64,000 nucleotides of DNA from positions 128,001-192,000 of the forward strand of contig CAXXSL010000008.1 of the NCBI GenBank assembly GCA_963675525.2. The letters run 5' to 3'. Source of the DNA: Anaerohalosphaeraceae bacterium (lineage in GTDB: Bacteria > Planctomycetota > Phycisphaerae > Sedimentisphaerales > Anaerohalosphaeraceae). The position numbers and the translations under genes are program-made. Numbering within the stretch: the first letter of the stretch is position 1; every line of letters begins with the position of its first letter. The notes below the pieces were generated by a model. The model searched no databases. It worked only from the letters and a program-made list of their open reading frames with translations, and had not been told where the DNA came from. This document shows, piece after piece, positions 1-10,494 of this stretch.

Positions 1-896
1 GCAGATGATTTCCCCCCGATCTGATTGCTGATAATCAACTTGATCACCTGCACAATCTCACTGGGGTCACCGGTTCTCAATTTAAAGACTTGTGTCGTGG
101 ACTGTCCGTATTCAGCAACGTCAAACTGCTTAATAATCTGCTCAACCCGCTGCAGATTTTCAACCGTATCAATAATCGCCAGTATCCCTGTGCTGTCATC
201 TGCTGTCACATTTCCATAGTCTGCCGTCAACGGCGTAACGATCTCCTGAAGTTTGGAAGGAGAATAGTTTTGAATCTTAAAAAACTTCTCGACAATCTGT
301 GATTTGTCAATAACTTTCGCAAGTGGCTCATCAACGCCCAGTGTCGGGACAACACCATACTTCGCTTTTGAGAGTGGTTTTAGATAAATCGCTCCCTGGG
401 CTTCTTCCGGAGAATAGCCCTTGGCACGTAACGCTGAATAAATAAGCGACAAGGCTTGTGAGCGTGGCAGTTCCTGTGTGGCATAAATCGTAATTTTTTG
501 TTTCATCACCTCATCGTCATAAGGAATAACCGGTTTGCCCGTCCATTCAGCAATTGTCTTGATGATTTGTTTCATCTCTACGTTATTCAAATTAATCATT
601 TCAAGCTGCTCTTCATCCGAAGGGGTGTTGGGGTCCTGCCCTGTCTTTTCCTCAACACCTTCCGATTTCGGCAACTCCAGTGAGTTCGGATCTTTGTTTT
701 TTTCTTCAGTCGCATCTTTTGCTTTTTCCGGCCGGGCCGGTTCATTTGCGTCCTGTGTGTTCTGGACTTCTCCAGTTGCTTGCCTGGACCCATTTTCCTG
801 AGACGGCTGAGCCTGATGGTTAGCGTGATTGACAATCACCAGTGCGATAATTGCAAGAACAACAACGATTCCTAATGTCAATTTTATTCGATTCAT
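1..896 (-). CDS. gspD: Type II secretion secretin, N-terminal part (runs off the window start)
   Basis: Not in the ORF track; translated by hand from ATG at 896: MNRIKLTLGIVVVLAIIALVIV...INLNNVEMKQIIKTIAEWTGKPVIP...KITIYA...ILAIIDTVENLQRVEQIIKQFD, resembling secretin N0/N1 domains; last gene of the gsp cluster. Confidence 0.85.
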   Translation of the reverse strand, partial: MNRIKLTLGIVVVLAIIALVIVNHANHQAQPSQENGSRQATGEVQNTQDANEPARPEKAKDATEEKNKDPNSLELPKSEGVEEKTGQDPNTPSDEEQLEMINLNNVEMKQIIKTIAEWTGKPVIPYDDEVMKQKITIYATQELPRSQALSLIYSALRAKGYSPEEAQGAIYLKPLSKAKYGVVPTLGVDEPLAKVIDKSQIVEKFFKIQNYSPSKLQEIVTPLTADYGNVTADDSTGILAIIDTVENLQRVEQIIKQFDVAEYGQSTTQVFKLRTGDPSEIVQVIKLIISNQIGGKSS

Positions 897-951
897 TTCT
901 ATCCCTCAGTCTATTTATAATAATTACTGTTTATCGTTAACCTTGAGCGGC

Positions 952-1716
952 TTACATCTGTTCAAGAATGGCATCCGCCTGACCGCTGTCAACCATTTGC
1001 TGTGCTTCGTCCAGTCTCTGTTTTTTTTGATCTTCCGACATACCGGCCCATTCCTGTTTTGCCTGTTCCACTTGTTCTGCCGGCATCGTTTCAAACAGCT
1101 TTAATAAAAAAGACCTTAATTCGGCTGAAACTTCCATCCCCAGCCAGGCTAACGGATCATCCTCCGATTGCTGGACAACAAGTCGATCTGCGGCAACTTC
1201 CACACTGTCTTCCTCTGTTGCGGATTCCTTTTTCTGCGGTTTCATTTTTGGCTTATCATTCGAGCCTCCGGGGTTGCTCGCCAATAGCGGCGCCAGTTTT
1301 ACTTCCTTCTCTTTCCAGAGAACAGTCACTTGTGTCGGCTCAATTTTAAGAACTTTCGCTCCGGCCTGTTCATCCCCCACCTTACACCATTTATTATCTA
1401 TCAGGACACTGTCACCAAGAATTCCGGTCACCTGCGGCGGCGGCGGCTCTTTTTTCTCCGAACAAAATGCTCCTTTTTCTTTAAGTTTCTCTGTCTCCTT
1501 CGCATAAGATGCCAGATAGTCCCCGGCTTTTTCATTTTGGGCTTTAAGAAACTCCATCGATTCAGAAACTGTCCTAGCAATCCAATGTCTCTGGAAAAGA
1601 ACTCCGATTGCTTTAACGGCAACACCCAGACACAACAAAAGAACAAGAGAAACGAGTATCTTTTGAATCGCCGTTTCATTGGGTCGGATTTTGGATATCA
1701 TTTCATGTCGGTCCAT
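952..1716 (-). CDS. T2SS-associated membrane protein, GspC/GspB-like beta domain with helical C-terminus
   Basis: N-terminal TM; VTGILGDSVLID..KVGD..AGAKVLKIEPTQVTV resembles the GspC HR/PilP fold; directly upstream of gspD. Confidence 0.55.
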   Translation of the reverse strand: MDRHEMISKIRPNETAIQKILVSLVLLLCLGVAVKAIGVLFQRHWIARTVSESMEFLKAQNEKAGDYLASYAKETEKLKEKGAFCSEKKEPPPPQVTGILGDSVLIDNKWCKVGDEQAGAKVLKIEPTQVTVLWKEKEVKLAPLLASNPGGSNDKPKMKPQKKESATEEDSVEVAADRLVVQQSEDDPLAWLGMEVSAELRSFLLKLFETMPAEQVEQAKQEWAGMSEDQKKQRLDEAQQMVDSGQADAILEQM

Positions 1717-1728
1717 CGCGTCTCCGGT

Positions 1729-2289
1729 TTATTTAAAAAAAGTCCCTATCACCATCTCAAAAGTTACTTTCTCAGGCTCTTTCTCATTACTCTTAATGGA
1801 AAATTCCTCAATACTGACCAAGTAAGCATTTTCATTTAATCCTGCAAAAAATTTAAGCAATTGTTCGTATTTACAGTTCCCGGAAAATTTCAGCCGCAAC
1901 GTCCCCTGTCCCAAGGCCGTTTTCTTTTTTGCCGAAGCAACATAACTCGGCCCGGAACTTATATTGACACCGGCTTTTTTCAATTGATCGTATGTTTTGT
2001 CCCAGAACAGCTTTCGCTGTGCATCCTCATTTTCCGGCAATTCCATCAACGGCACGGTTTGAAACAACCCGGCAATTTTGGCCTTCGAGCCGGGCGTTCG
2101 GCCGCTGACAGTCTCCAACCGGAGCTGATATGTTTTTAATTCATCTCGGACAGATAACCAATTTTCAAAGATCGGCAAAGCAATGCCCAGATATATCGCA
2201 ATCAACACAATGGCAATCACTCCAAAGCGGACAGCACGCCTGCTGCGTTCGTCCAGAGAATCAAAATACGCCTTCAGCCATTTTTTCAT
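1729..2289 (-). CDS. gspM: T2SS protein M / PilO-like
   Basis: 'SLDERSRR' then a TM helix, coiled coil and YEQLLKFFAGL ferredoxin-like domain; position in cluster. Confidence 0.7.
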   Translation of the reverse strand: MKKWLKAYFDSLDERSRRAVRFGVIAIVLIAIYLGIALPIFENWLSVRDELKTYQLRLETVSGRTPGSKAKIAGLFQTVPLMELPENEDAQRKLFWDKTYDQLKKAGVNISSGPSYVASAKKKTALGQGTLRLKFSGNCKYEQLLKFFAGLNENAYLVSIEEFSIKSNEKEPEKVTFEMVIGTFFK

Positions 2290-3689
2290 CTGAATGTCTT
2301 TCTTTTATCAGTAAAGTTCTTATAATCAAATGTCAGCTTAAATATCGTCTGTTTATTCTTTTCACCAGAATCCTGATTCGAAACGCGTACGGCCTCCACC
2401 CCCTTGCACGTTGCCAGGGCCTGGGCAAAATCATACATCATTTTGGGCTCTTTGCAGGAACCGCCAATATCAACCCGCTGAAACCGCCGAACAGACAATG
2501 AATGAACGGCAACACCTTTCGGGGTGCTTTCGTTAATTTTTCTGATTAAATCGGGAATGTCGATTCGTTCCTGAGCAATGATGCTTCTAAGATGATGTGT
2601 CTCCAGAAGCTGCTTGAATTCAGATGTGTCCATCTGTTTTTCGTATGCCGCCAGCCGGAGTTTATCAACGCCATAACTAACAGCAATAAAAATCGCCAAC
2701 AGCAAGCAAATGGCTGTAACCAGAATTTTCTTTTTTCCCCGGGGGATATCTTTCTTCTCAAGATCGATTTTATGGTACAATTCACCGAACAGGTTATACG
2801 CTACGTCTGCCTCATAGGCGATTAAGCCCAAGCCCAAACACACAACATCGACCTCTTGACTTTCATCGCCTGAAATCCGGCTGAAATCGTAGTGCAGCCG
2901 GCTTGTTTCTATTCCTCTATTATTTAGTAACGTCTCTGAGACAGTCTCAATAAATTCTCCCGATCCATCCAGAAACAGCGGTAACGGGGTACCGTTATCG
3001 GTTACGTATTGGGCGATCACATTTTGAATATCCAGACAAAGCAATGAAATGTCCGGCATTTGTTCATCCGGCACCGCTGAAAAATCACAGTCAAACGTGG
3101 TTACCTTGGCCAGTATTCCATTTTTTACAAATAAGAGTTTTACCTTATCTTCATATATACGCAGTAATCCGAAATCCTTTTTAAGCGTATCACAAAGAAA
3201 AGCGGCAGTCTTCACAATGGCTTCGGAATTTAAAGCAACAGCATCAACATTGGCCTGTCTGGCCTGATTGATAACACCGGACAGCATATCCCGTTTTGCC
3301 GCCGCAATCGCAACTGTTGCCTTGTTTTCCTTTTCAGCTAATATCCGCCAACTATACTGCATCTGTTCGACCGGCAGCGGCAAATGAATTTCAGCCTGGG
3401 ACGCGACCACCAAAGGCATCTGCTTTTCATTGACAATCGGTACTTCAAAACGACAAAATCCGACACAATTATCCTCAAAACCCATTGCCGTCACAGGAGT
3501 TTTTCCGGGAAAATCCTGTTCAACCATTTTGACAAAATGCATCCAATCCGTCTTGTCCTTGGAAACCAGATAGTTTTTTAAAACGGAAATCTCATTGCCG
3601 TGGATTTGCGCTACACATGCCCGGTAGTACAAAGCCCCGGCGGATAACCCCACAAAAACAGATTCCTTTTTCTGTTCGTCCTGTATCAA
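2286..3689 (-). CDS. gspL: T2SS protein L / PilM-PilN-like
   Basis: Actin-like cytoplasmic domain (EIHLPLPVEQM), one TM, PilN-like C-terminus; between gspK and gspM. Confidence 0.7.
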   Translation of the reverse strand: MIQDEQKKESVFVGLSAGALYYRACVAQIHGNEISVLKNYLVSKDKTDWMHFVKMVEQDFPGKTPVTAMGFEDNCVGFCRFEVPIVNEKQMPLVVASQAEIHLPLPVEQMQYSWRILAEKENKATVAIAAAKRDMLSGVINQARQANVDAVALNSEAIVKTAAFLCDTLKKDFGLLRIYEDKVKLLFVKNGILAKVTTFDCDFSAVPDEQMPDISLLCLDIQNVIAQYVTDNGTPLPLFLDGSGEFIETVSETLLNNRGIETSRLHYDFSRISGDESQEVDVVCLGLGLIAYEADVAYNLFGELYHKIDLEKKDIPRGKKKILVTAICLLLAIFIAVSYGVDKLRLAAYEKQMDTSEFKQLLETHHLRSIIAQERIDIPDLIRKINESTPKGVAVHSLSVRRFQRVDIGGSCKEPKMMYDFAQALATCKGVEAVRVSNQDSGEKNKQTIFKLTFDYKNFTDKRKTFR

Positions 3690-4969
3690 TTCCCTATCCC
3701 TTCATACCAATAAATAATGTCGCAGGAAGTGCCGCTTCGAACAACAATTGCCGTCGCCGTATACGTCAATCCCGTCGTGTCGTCAACCGCCCGCCCGCGC
3801 AGAGAAAAAACGCTGGATCGAACAGTAATCATGCCCGCAATTTTCTTAAACGTCTCTATGGTCATCGACTTAACATCCAGCAATCGCGCAATACTTGTCA
3901 TTGGTTGTTCAAGTGTCTGGCGAAAGTTGATGATATCATCAGCCATCCGTTCATCCCCCTCAAACAATGCGACCAGAACTTCTCTCGGAGCGGTATTGAC
4001 ATTGACCCTGCCCGACAGAATCTTTTCTTTAGAAATCGTTAGCCTGTCGGCAATTTCTTTGAATGTTTCCAGGTCGATCGGCTTTGCTTCGTCTCCTTTT
4101 TGATCATCTTTATCTTTCTTCTTCGGAGTATTTTTATTGATTAAATCCGCAATGCTTCCGGGTTTCTTTCCATTTGCCTGTTCCTCGATCCACTTCGCAT
4201 GGGGCTTGGATAAATTCAGTTCCTGCTGCAGCTTATCCGCCTTGACCTCTTGAATATTAATCCTGTCTTTTCCCTGAGCGTCAACATTGTCGCAAAAAGA
4301 ACTGCATGTCAAAAATGAACCGAATCCCTTTTCCAAGACCGCGTCCTGATTATCCTGCGGAAAACTTAGTTCGCCGTCTTTTTCATTGGCATCCAGTTTT
4401 CCATTCAGATTGTAATCTTCTTTGTAGAATTCATCTTCCCGAACGCCTTTCACAAATAAGACTTCGTACAGCGTCTGGAATGGTCCGTTGCGAATCGGAT
4501 ACGCGTATTGACAATTGTTGTAATAGTCCGCCTCCGCACCTTCCTCATGGAGTTTGCTGTCTTTGTCGCGCCAGTCCATAATGGACTCTGCCTGCTCGGC
4601 GGTCATTTCAAGGAGATTGAGAAAATGCTTTTTGTCCGCTGTATTAAGATTCAGCTTGCTGCTCTCATCAATAATCTCTACGGAAAAAGTACAGCCTTTC
4701 AGTTGGATATTATTAAAGTCGTCCAGGTTATCATGCCAAAGCTCATCTAAAGCATCATAGCTCGTATCATCCTCGGCAAGCACATTGATGGCCGTTTCGA
4801 TTGCTGCCCGAACACCCCATCGACAAACACTTTGCCGGCCATAGGATTGACTGACACGACTGCTGAGCCGGCTGCTTTGGGCAAGAGCAGCGGTCATGAC
4901 AATCAAAATGACAATTATCCACAGCACGATGACCAGAACGGAACCGGTTATTTTCTTCGACCGTTTCAT
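3686..4969 (-). CDS. gspK: Minor pseudopilin GspK
   Basis: GSVLVIVLW N-terminus, IIDESSKLNLN, IMDWRDKD, GRVNVNTAPREVL motifs. Confidence 0.9.
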   Translation of the reverse strand: MKRSKKITGSVLVIVLWIIVILIVMTAALAQSSRLSSRVSQSYGRQSVCRWGVRAAIETAINVLAEDDTSYDALDELWHDNLDDFNNIQLKGCTFSVEIIDESSKLNLNTADKKHFLNLLEMTAEQAESIMDWRDKDSKLHEEGAEADYYNNCQYAYPIRNGPFQTLYEVLFVKGVREDEFYKEDYNLNGKLDANEKDGELSFPQDNQDAVLEKGFGSFLTCSSFCDNVDAQGKDRINIQEVKADKLQQELNLSKPHAKWIEEQANGKKPGSIADLINKNTPKKKDKDDQKGDEAKPIDLETFKEIADRLTISKEKILSGRVNVNTAPREVLVALFEGDERMADDIINFRQTLEQPMTSIARLLDVKSMTIETFKKIAGMITVRSSVFSLRGRAVDDTTGLTYTATAIVVRSGTSCDIIYWYEGIGN

Positions 4970-5721
4970 CGGACGGCTCCTTCATCGGGCGTATCGGAAA
5001 AATGATCGCTCATGTAGGACTCATAATCGGCAGGCTCCTCTTGCGAATCGTTTTCTCCCTGCTGATCCGTTTCATCCTGAGCGGATTTCAGCCGGGGAAT
5101 AGTGATAAAAATCGAACGCATCAGCTTACTTTTTTCATCATTCTGAGCCGCCAAAAGCACGATTTCAACCAACTGAGGAAACCGGCCGTTTTCCTCGTTC
5201 CATTCATCCGTCCACTCGGTGCCATTGTAACAGCGAACTTTCATTGCTGTAACAGATTCCGCAACCGGAGCCAGGATGCCTTTGGCCCGAACATCCTCTG
5301 CAACTAAAACTCCCGGGACGACCGGACAATAACGCCGTGTTAAAACAGAGCGATTTGTCTCCAAAGCGCTCTTAATTGTATACTCAACCTCGTACACATC
5401 TCCTTCCGGCTGTATGAGGCGAGCTTTTTTTCGGCTAACGGTATAAAATGTCAGGCACTGAACTGAAATGTCCCCATCCCCATTGAGATACGACAATTCG
5501 AATTTAGCATTTCGAAAATCGCTGTTTCGATAGATATTGTTCAAGTCATTCTTTATGAGACCGCAGGCGTACCGCATTTCATCGCTAAGTTCGGTCAGGT
5601 GCTGATGCGTCTGCCTGCCGGATACAATCCCGCGCATCGCCGCCGCCGCCGTAACCGTTATAAAGGCGCCGATCACAACCGCAATCATTAATTCAATAAA
5701 TGTAAATCCGTTTCGTCTCAT
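4966..5721 (-). CDS. gspJ: Minor pseudopilin GspJ
   Basis: Prepilin site G|FTFIELM; C-terminal W..W....FPQLVEI. Confidence 0.85.
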   Translation of the reverse strand: MRRNGFTFIELMIAVVIGAFITVTAAAAMRGIVSGRQTHQHLTELSDEMRYACGLIKNDLNNIYRNSDFRNAKFELSYLNGDGDISVQCLTFYTVSRKKARLIQPEGDVYEVEYTIKSALETNRSVLTRRYCPVVPGVLVAEDVRAKGILAPVAESVTAMKVRCYNGTEWTDEWNEENGRFPQLVEIVLLAAQNDEKSKLMRSIFITIPRLKSAQDETDQQGENDSQEEPADYESYMSDHFSDTPDEGAVR

Positions 5722-6104
5722 TCATATCCGCTCAAACGTGTCTGCGCTTTAACCTTTTTATATACCTGCTGTTCACTCCAACCCACCGTCACTGTCACGT
5801 CATAAAGATAACTCAGCGTTGTCTCTGAGATATTAAGCATCCAGACAAATTCAACACCATCGGCCTCAAATGTTCCTTCCGTCCGGCCGCTGAGTATATA
5901 TTTTCGTATACCGATATAATCCACCATCGTTAATTGCCGATCCACCAGATCCCACGCCTGCTCATAAATCATAATCGACCGGGCCGTTCGAAGGGAACGG
6001 ACACTAATTCCGGCCATCACAACAACCGAAAGACTCAACAGCAGCGCCGCGGCGATCGTCTCAACCAGCGTAAATGACTTTTTTTTGCGCTTTCGCTTCA
6101 TCAA
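5718..6104 (-). CDS. gspI: Minor pseudopilin GspI
   Basis: S|FTLVET prepilin-like site, 128 aa, VTVTVGW; between H and J. Confidence 0.8.
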   Translation of the reverse strand: MMKRKRKKKSFTLVETIAAALLLSLSVVVMAGISVRSLRTARSIMIYEQAWDLVDRQLTMVDYIGIRKYILSGRTEGTFEADGVEFVWMLNISETTLSYLYDVTVTVGWSEQQVYKKVKAQTRLSGYE

Positions 6105-6107
6105 TGG

Positions 6108-6731
6108 TTAATCCACCATATCAAGATCAATAACCTGCATCCCGGCCTCAACCGTATTCATTGAGCCTTCGTAAATCTTTATTCTCGCGTACGCCGACGA
6201 AAAAATGGCTGTCATGCTATGTCTGCCGTTGCCCATCTGGACCACTGCCGAATCACAACATCCGTCCGGATAGAAATTAACACAACTTTCACTATCCAAT
6301 CCGGCTTCGCTTTCTCCCATTGCCGGTTTAATATCCACATGTTCAAATTCAATTCCGTTATCCAGCGTCATCCTTCGGCAATAGGGATTACTGACAACTG
6401 CCTGTTTATTGGTTTGGCTGACGGCATCAAAAACCGGAACAACCACGTAAAGCTGCCTGTGGTCATTATCCAAATACAACCGACACGCCTGCCCGTCTTC
6501 GATGGCTCGCATTCTCGCATATTTGCCCATCAACAAAAGATTCCGGGCAGCAGACTTCAGGGAGGTCTTTTTGTAAGTCCCTACATAGTAGGCACCGGAA
6601 AACCCCGCCAGCAACGCCAAAATAATGATGACCAGCATCAACTCTGCAATGGTAAAACCCCATCGCAGCCGGAAATTACTCGTTGTAAATATCTGCGTTG
6701 TCACCGTCACCGCCTTCTTGCCCGTCAGCAC
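6108..6731 (-). CDS. gspH: Minor pseudopilin GspH/FimT
   Basis: G|FTIAELM, ARMRAI and FYPDG motifs; 5' end overlaps gspG. Confidence 0.85.
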   Translation of the reverse strand: MLTGKKAVTVTTQIFTTSNFRLRWGFTIAELMLVIIILALLAGFSGAYYVGTYKKTSLKSAARNLLLMGKYARMRAIEDGQACRLYLDNDHRQLYVVVPVFDAVSQTNKQAVVSNPYCRRMTLDNGIEFEHVDIKPAMGESEAGLDSESCVNFYPDGCCDSAVVQMGNGRHSMTAIFSSAYARIKIYEGSMNTVEAGMQVIDLDMVD

Positions 6732-7104
6732 CCAAACTGATCAGATCATAACTGCCGACGTTAATTACACCTTCCGGTTCATAGAGATACGGATTATCCC
6801 AGGGATCCTGCAAGTCCGACGGTTTGCAGTACCGACCGCTCCATTTTTCTTCCACATCCGATGGCGCTTCGAGCAGTTCACTTAAATCCGTTGGGTATCG
6901 TTCGCAGTCGACATAAAACTGCTGAATCGCGCCTTCGATAATCCCCATCTTTGCGCGGGCAACTTTCGCCTTGGCTTTTCCGAAACTCTTAAACGTCCGG
7001 GGAACAACAAAAACAGCAATCAAACTCAGAAGAATGATGACCACCATCATTTCGGCAAACGTGAAGCCTTTTTTGTGTTTTCGTGTCATACCGTATTGCT
7101 TCAT
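6676..7104 (-). CDS. gspG: Major pseudopilin GspG
   Basis: G|FTFAEMM, DPWDNPYLY, SLGADGQEGGDG..ADI. Confidence 0.95.
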   Translation of the reverse strand: MKQYGMTRKHKKGFTFAEMMVVIILLSLIAVFVVPRTFKSFGKAKAKVARAKMGIIEGAIQQFYVDCERYPTDLSELLEAPSDVEEKWSGRYCKPSDLQDPWDNPYLYEPEGVINVGSYDLISLGADGQEGGDGDNADIYNE

Positions 7105-7136
7105 TATTTCATTCCTTTCAATCGATGTCTATCTTT

Positions 7137-8375
7137 CTACAGCAGTCCTTCACCCATCGTCATCATCATAATCGGCAGCAGTGTTGCAAGGATGATAAAG
7201 AAAATAACAACAGCCAAAATCAATATCATAACCAACGGGAACAACGCCATCAGCCGTTGTACCGCCGAATCGGCCTGTTCGTCAAAAGTGTCGGCCGCAT
7301 TGAGCAGCATTTCATCCAGCTTGCCTGTATGCTCTCCCACCGAAACAATCTGTACCAGCAAAGGCGGGAAAAGTTTGCTGTCTTTAAGCGGTTCAGCCAG
7401 ATTGTGTCCCGTGCGGACCTTCTCGGCAACATCGTCAATAGACTGACCTAACAGTTCATTATTCAACGTATCCCGAACAACTGCCAGCGATTCGAGAATG
7501 CCAATCCCTCCTTTTGCCAGCGATCCAAGAGTCCGGGCGAAACGCCCCACGGAAATACTGCGAATCACTCCGCCCATAACCGGAAAATGCAGTACAAACG
7601 AATCCCACCGAAGGCGACCCTGTTCACTCTTTTTCCACTTCTTAAAAAACAACCCGCCGCCAATCACCACCGCCAGTAAAAATAACCCATACACCCTGAG
7701 AAAATGGCTCATCCCCATCAGCATTCGGGTCGGCAAGGGCATCACGATGTCATTGCCTAGCGCATCAAAAACACGTGGTAAAATAAACGTCACAATCACA
7801 ACAACCGAAAGAAGACCAACAACCAGAACCGCCACTGGATAGACGGAAGCGTTCTTCATATTGGTCTTGATCTTTTCCTCACGGGACAAAAGCTCCGTCA
7901 ACTGTTGCATGGTTTGTTCCAGAATTCCCGCTGCTTCTCCGGCCCGAATCATCGATACATAAAGCCGGCTGAAAACGTCATGACGTTTTCCCATCGCATC
8001 GCTCAGCGAATCCCCTGAACTGACTTCCTCTGCAATCTCATCCAAAAGATCTTTCAGTTTGGGCTTGCTTTGCTGTGCGGCAATAATTTTTAATGCCTCA
8101 AGTAATGGTAGTCCTGCCCGCAATGCGGCACTAAGCTGACTCGTAATCGCAAGAATATCCTTACTATGAATTCGCCCCGGCGACAGAATTTGTGATTTTC
8201 GTGTCCTCTGTACAGCATGGATCTTTCCGAGGAATCCTTTTGCCTCTGTGATATCGACCACAAATCGTCCCTGACGCGTAAGCAACCCGATCGCAGCTCT
8301 GCGGTTTGCCGCTTCGATAACACCGCCTACAGCCTTGCCCTCTGTGTCCACTGCCTTATATGAATATTCCGCCAC
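7137..8375 (-). CDS. gspF: T2SS inner-membrane platform protein GspF/PilC
   Basis: AGLPLLEAL, SMIRAGEAAG, VGEHTGKLDEML. Confidence 0.95.
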   Translation of the reverse strand: MAEYSYKAVDTEGKAVGGVIEAANRRAAIGLLTRQGRFVVDITEAKGFLGKIHAVQRTRKSQILSPGRIHSKDILAITSQLSAALRAGLPLLEALKIIAAQQSKPKLKDLLDEIAEEVSSGDSLSDAMGKRHDVFSRLYVSMIRAGEAAGILEQTMQQLTELLSREEKIKTNMKNASVYPVAVLVVGLLSVVVIVTFILPRVFDALGNDIVMPLPTRMLMGMSHFLRVYGLFLLAVVIGGGLFFKKWKKSEQGRLRWDSFVLHFPVMGGVIRSISVGRFARTLGSLAKGGIGILESLAVVRDTLNNELLGQSIDDVAEKVRTGHNLAEPLKDSKLFPPLLVQIVSVGEHTGKLDEMLLNAADTFDEQADSAVQRLMALFPLVMILILAVVIFFIILATLLPIMMMTMGEGLL

Positions 8376-8418
8376 TTCCTTTGACCTTATGCTTAAATCT
8401 ATTCTTTACAGACCCGGC

Positions 8419-10188
8419 TTAATCTTCATTGGCCTGCGTTGCCCTGAAAACCTCTTCCGGTGTCGTCACCCCCGCTACTATCTTTTCGATGCCGTCATGC
8501 CGCATATCAACATGGTCCTCGGCCGCGGTTGCAACAAGTTCATCACTGGAGGGACTTTTTCCGATCAACTTTCGAATCGAATCAGTAACACGCAGCAATT
8601 CAAATATCCCGATTCGCCCGCGCATTCCTGTTCCGTTGCATTCGGTACATCCCTTGCCATAATAAATCTTATCCGGGTCAATCTGGACGGAATTATTCAG
8701 GCTTGCCAATATCCGTTCATCGCAGGGACGTCTGACACGGCAATACGGACACACCCGTCGGACGAGACGCTGAGCCAGGACATTTTCAATCGAACTGGCA
8801 AGCAGAAATGGCTCGATACCCATGTCAATCAAACGCGTAATCGCTCCGGCCGCGTCATTGGTATGCAATGTGGAAAAAACAAGGTGTCCGGTCAATGCTG
8901 CACGAATCGCAATGTCAGCCGTTTCCCTGTCACGGATTTCACCCACCATGACAATATCCGGGTCTTGACGGAGAATATGTCGCAAGCCGCGGGCGAATGT
9001 CAGGCCCCGCCGGGGATTTACCGGCATTTGAATAATGCCGTTGAGTTGATATTCGACCGGGTCTTCAATGGTAATGATCTTAACGCTGGGGCTGTATATA
9101 GAGTTCAGCGCCGCATAGAGAGTCGTTGTTTTACCGCTGCCGGTCGGTCCGGTTACCAGCACAATGCCATGCGATTTTCTTAAAGACAACCTGAAATTAC
9201 TTAACATCTGTCGATTCATCCCTAACTCATCCAGCCCTATCAAGGCTGCACTGCGATCAAGGATACGCATGGTTACGGCTTCACCAAAAATAGTCGGTAC
9301 CGTCGATACACGAATATCAATCTTACCGCGTGTCCCCGAAAACTCAATGTGTCCATCCTGAGGGATAAACCGTTCAGCGATATTCATTCCAGCCATAATC
9401 TTGATACGCGAGATAATCGCCGCTTGTAGTTTTTTGGGACTTGGGGATTTTTCAGTCAGCATCCCATCAATACGATATTTGATCTTAACTTCTTCTTCGA
9501 AGGGTTCGACATGAATATCGCTGGCACGTTCCTCAATCGCCTCAAGTAGTATCAAATTGACAAGATTGACAAGCGACGGCTCCCTCGCAAGTTCCTGAAG
9601 GCGGGCTGCCGTCAATTCTCCTTCGATGTCAATTTTTGTCTCGGCGTCATCCTGTACAAGATCATCCAGCATTCTGGCCACATTACTGCCGTAATACTTC
9701 AAAATGGCCTCTTCCAATTCGTCAGTCCGGGCATAATACCGTCGAATCCTCAAAGGACAAACAACACGTATCTCCTCCATCGCTCGAACATTAAACGGAT
9801 CATTAATGGCAATCGAGATGTGGTTGGCATTGATCTCAAAGGGAAAGATTTTGTGCTTACTGACAAGTTCGGCGGGAATTTTAGAAATCACATCCTGCGT
9901 GACATTACGATTGGATAACTCAACGGTCTCGATGCCTGCCTGCTTGCTTAACGCTTCATTGATCTGCCATCCTCTGGCAAAACCCAGATCAATGAGCGTC
10001 TCACCAATCCGCCCCTGGCGGAGTTTTTGATGCGAAAGTGCCTGCTCAAGCTGCAATTCACTAATATAGGAATTGCCGACAAGCAGTTCTCCGAGTTTTT
10101 TCCCCACTACAGCCTTCAAATCCCTATTTCCTTCCATATAAGGTCTGCTACAACAACAATGCTGCGATACTACATAGAAAGCGCTCAT
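8419..10188 (-). CDS. gspE: T2SS ATPase GspE/PilB (true start may lie somewhat downstream)
   Basis: ASDIHVEP, Walker A GPTGSGKT, LRQDPD, TGHLVFSTLHTN, tetra-Cys motif. Confidence 0.95.
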   Translation of the reverse strand: MSAFYVVSQHCCCSRPYMEGNRDLKAVVGKKLGELLVGNSYISELQLEQALSHQKLRQGRIGETLIDLGFARGWQINEALSKQAGIETVELSNRNVTQDVISKIPAELVSKHKIFPFEINANHISIAINDPFNVRAMEEIRVVCPLRIRRYYARTDELEEAILKYYGSNVARMLDDLVQDDAETKIDIEGELTAARLQELAREPSLVNLVNLILLEAIEERASDIHVEPFEEEVKIKYRIDGMLTEKSPSPKKLQAAIISRIKIMAGMNIAERFIPQDGHIEFSGTRGKIDIRVSTVPTIFGEAVTMRILDRSAALIGLDELGMNRQMLSNFRLSLRKSHGIVLVTGPTGSGKTTTLYAALNSIYSPSVKIITIEDPVEYQLNGIIQMPVNPRRGLTFARGLRHILRQDPDIVMVGEIRDRETADIAIRAALTGHLVFSTLHTNDAAGAITRLIDMGIEPFLLASSIENVLAQRLVRRVCPYCRVRRPCDERILASLNNSVQIDPDKIYYGKGCTECNGTGMRGRIGIFELLRVTDSIRKLIGKSPSSDELVATAAEDHVDMRHDGIEKIVAGVTTPEEVFRATQANED

Positions 10189-10220
10189 TGAACAACAAAA
10201 AAATGAAACATCACCTTTTA

Positions 10221-10248
10221 TAGACGCGCAGAAAGCATTTTTGTTTCA
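10221..10248 (-). promoter_or_regulatory. Putative ECF-sigma promoter of the gsp operon
   Basis: Minus strand TGAAAC-N16-CGTCTA, matching the generic ECF AAC/CGT consensus. Confidence 0.55.
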
Positions 10249-10397
10249 AAATTTTTGTTTTTAGTTTAGATTTCCCTGAAGATATACAATTCGCCAACAG
10301 GTGGTGTGCTATTAGTATGGAAGACTTTGTTGAAGACAAGGTATCAAAAATCTTCTATGATGAAATGATTGATATTTGTAAAATAATAGGCATAATA

Positions 10398-10424
10398 TGA
10401 ACTTTCTGAGGTTTATTGACGTAA
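10398..10424 (+). promoter_or_regulatory. Putative ECF-sigma promoter of the moxR-bat operon (coordinates approximate)
   Basis: TGAAC-N17-CGTAA about 70 bp upstream of moxR. Confidence 0.4.
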
Positions 10425-10494
10425 ACTTAGGATATTTTCCACTGAACAGTTATGGTTAATTTCTATTCATAGGAACAGCGGAGGTGTTTTTATT

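Noticed and set aside
6676..6731. gspG/gspH overlap as a frameshift signal
   Set aside because: Both ORFs are complete with their own prepilin sites; such overlaps are common in gsp clusters
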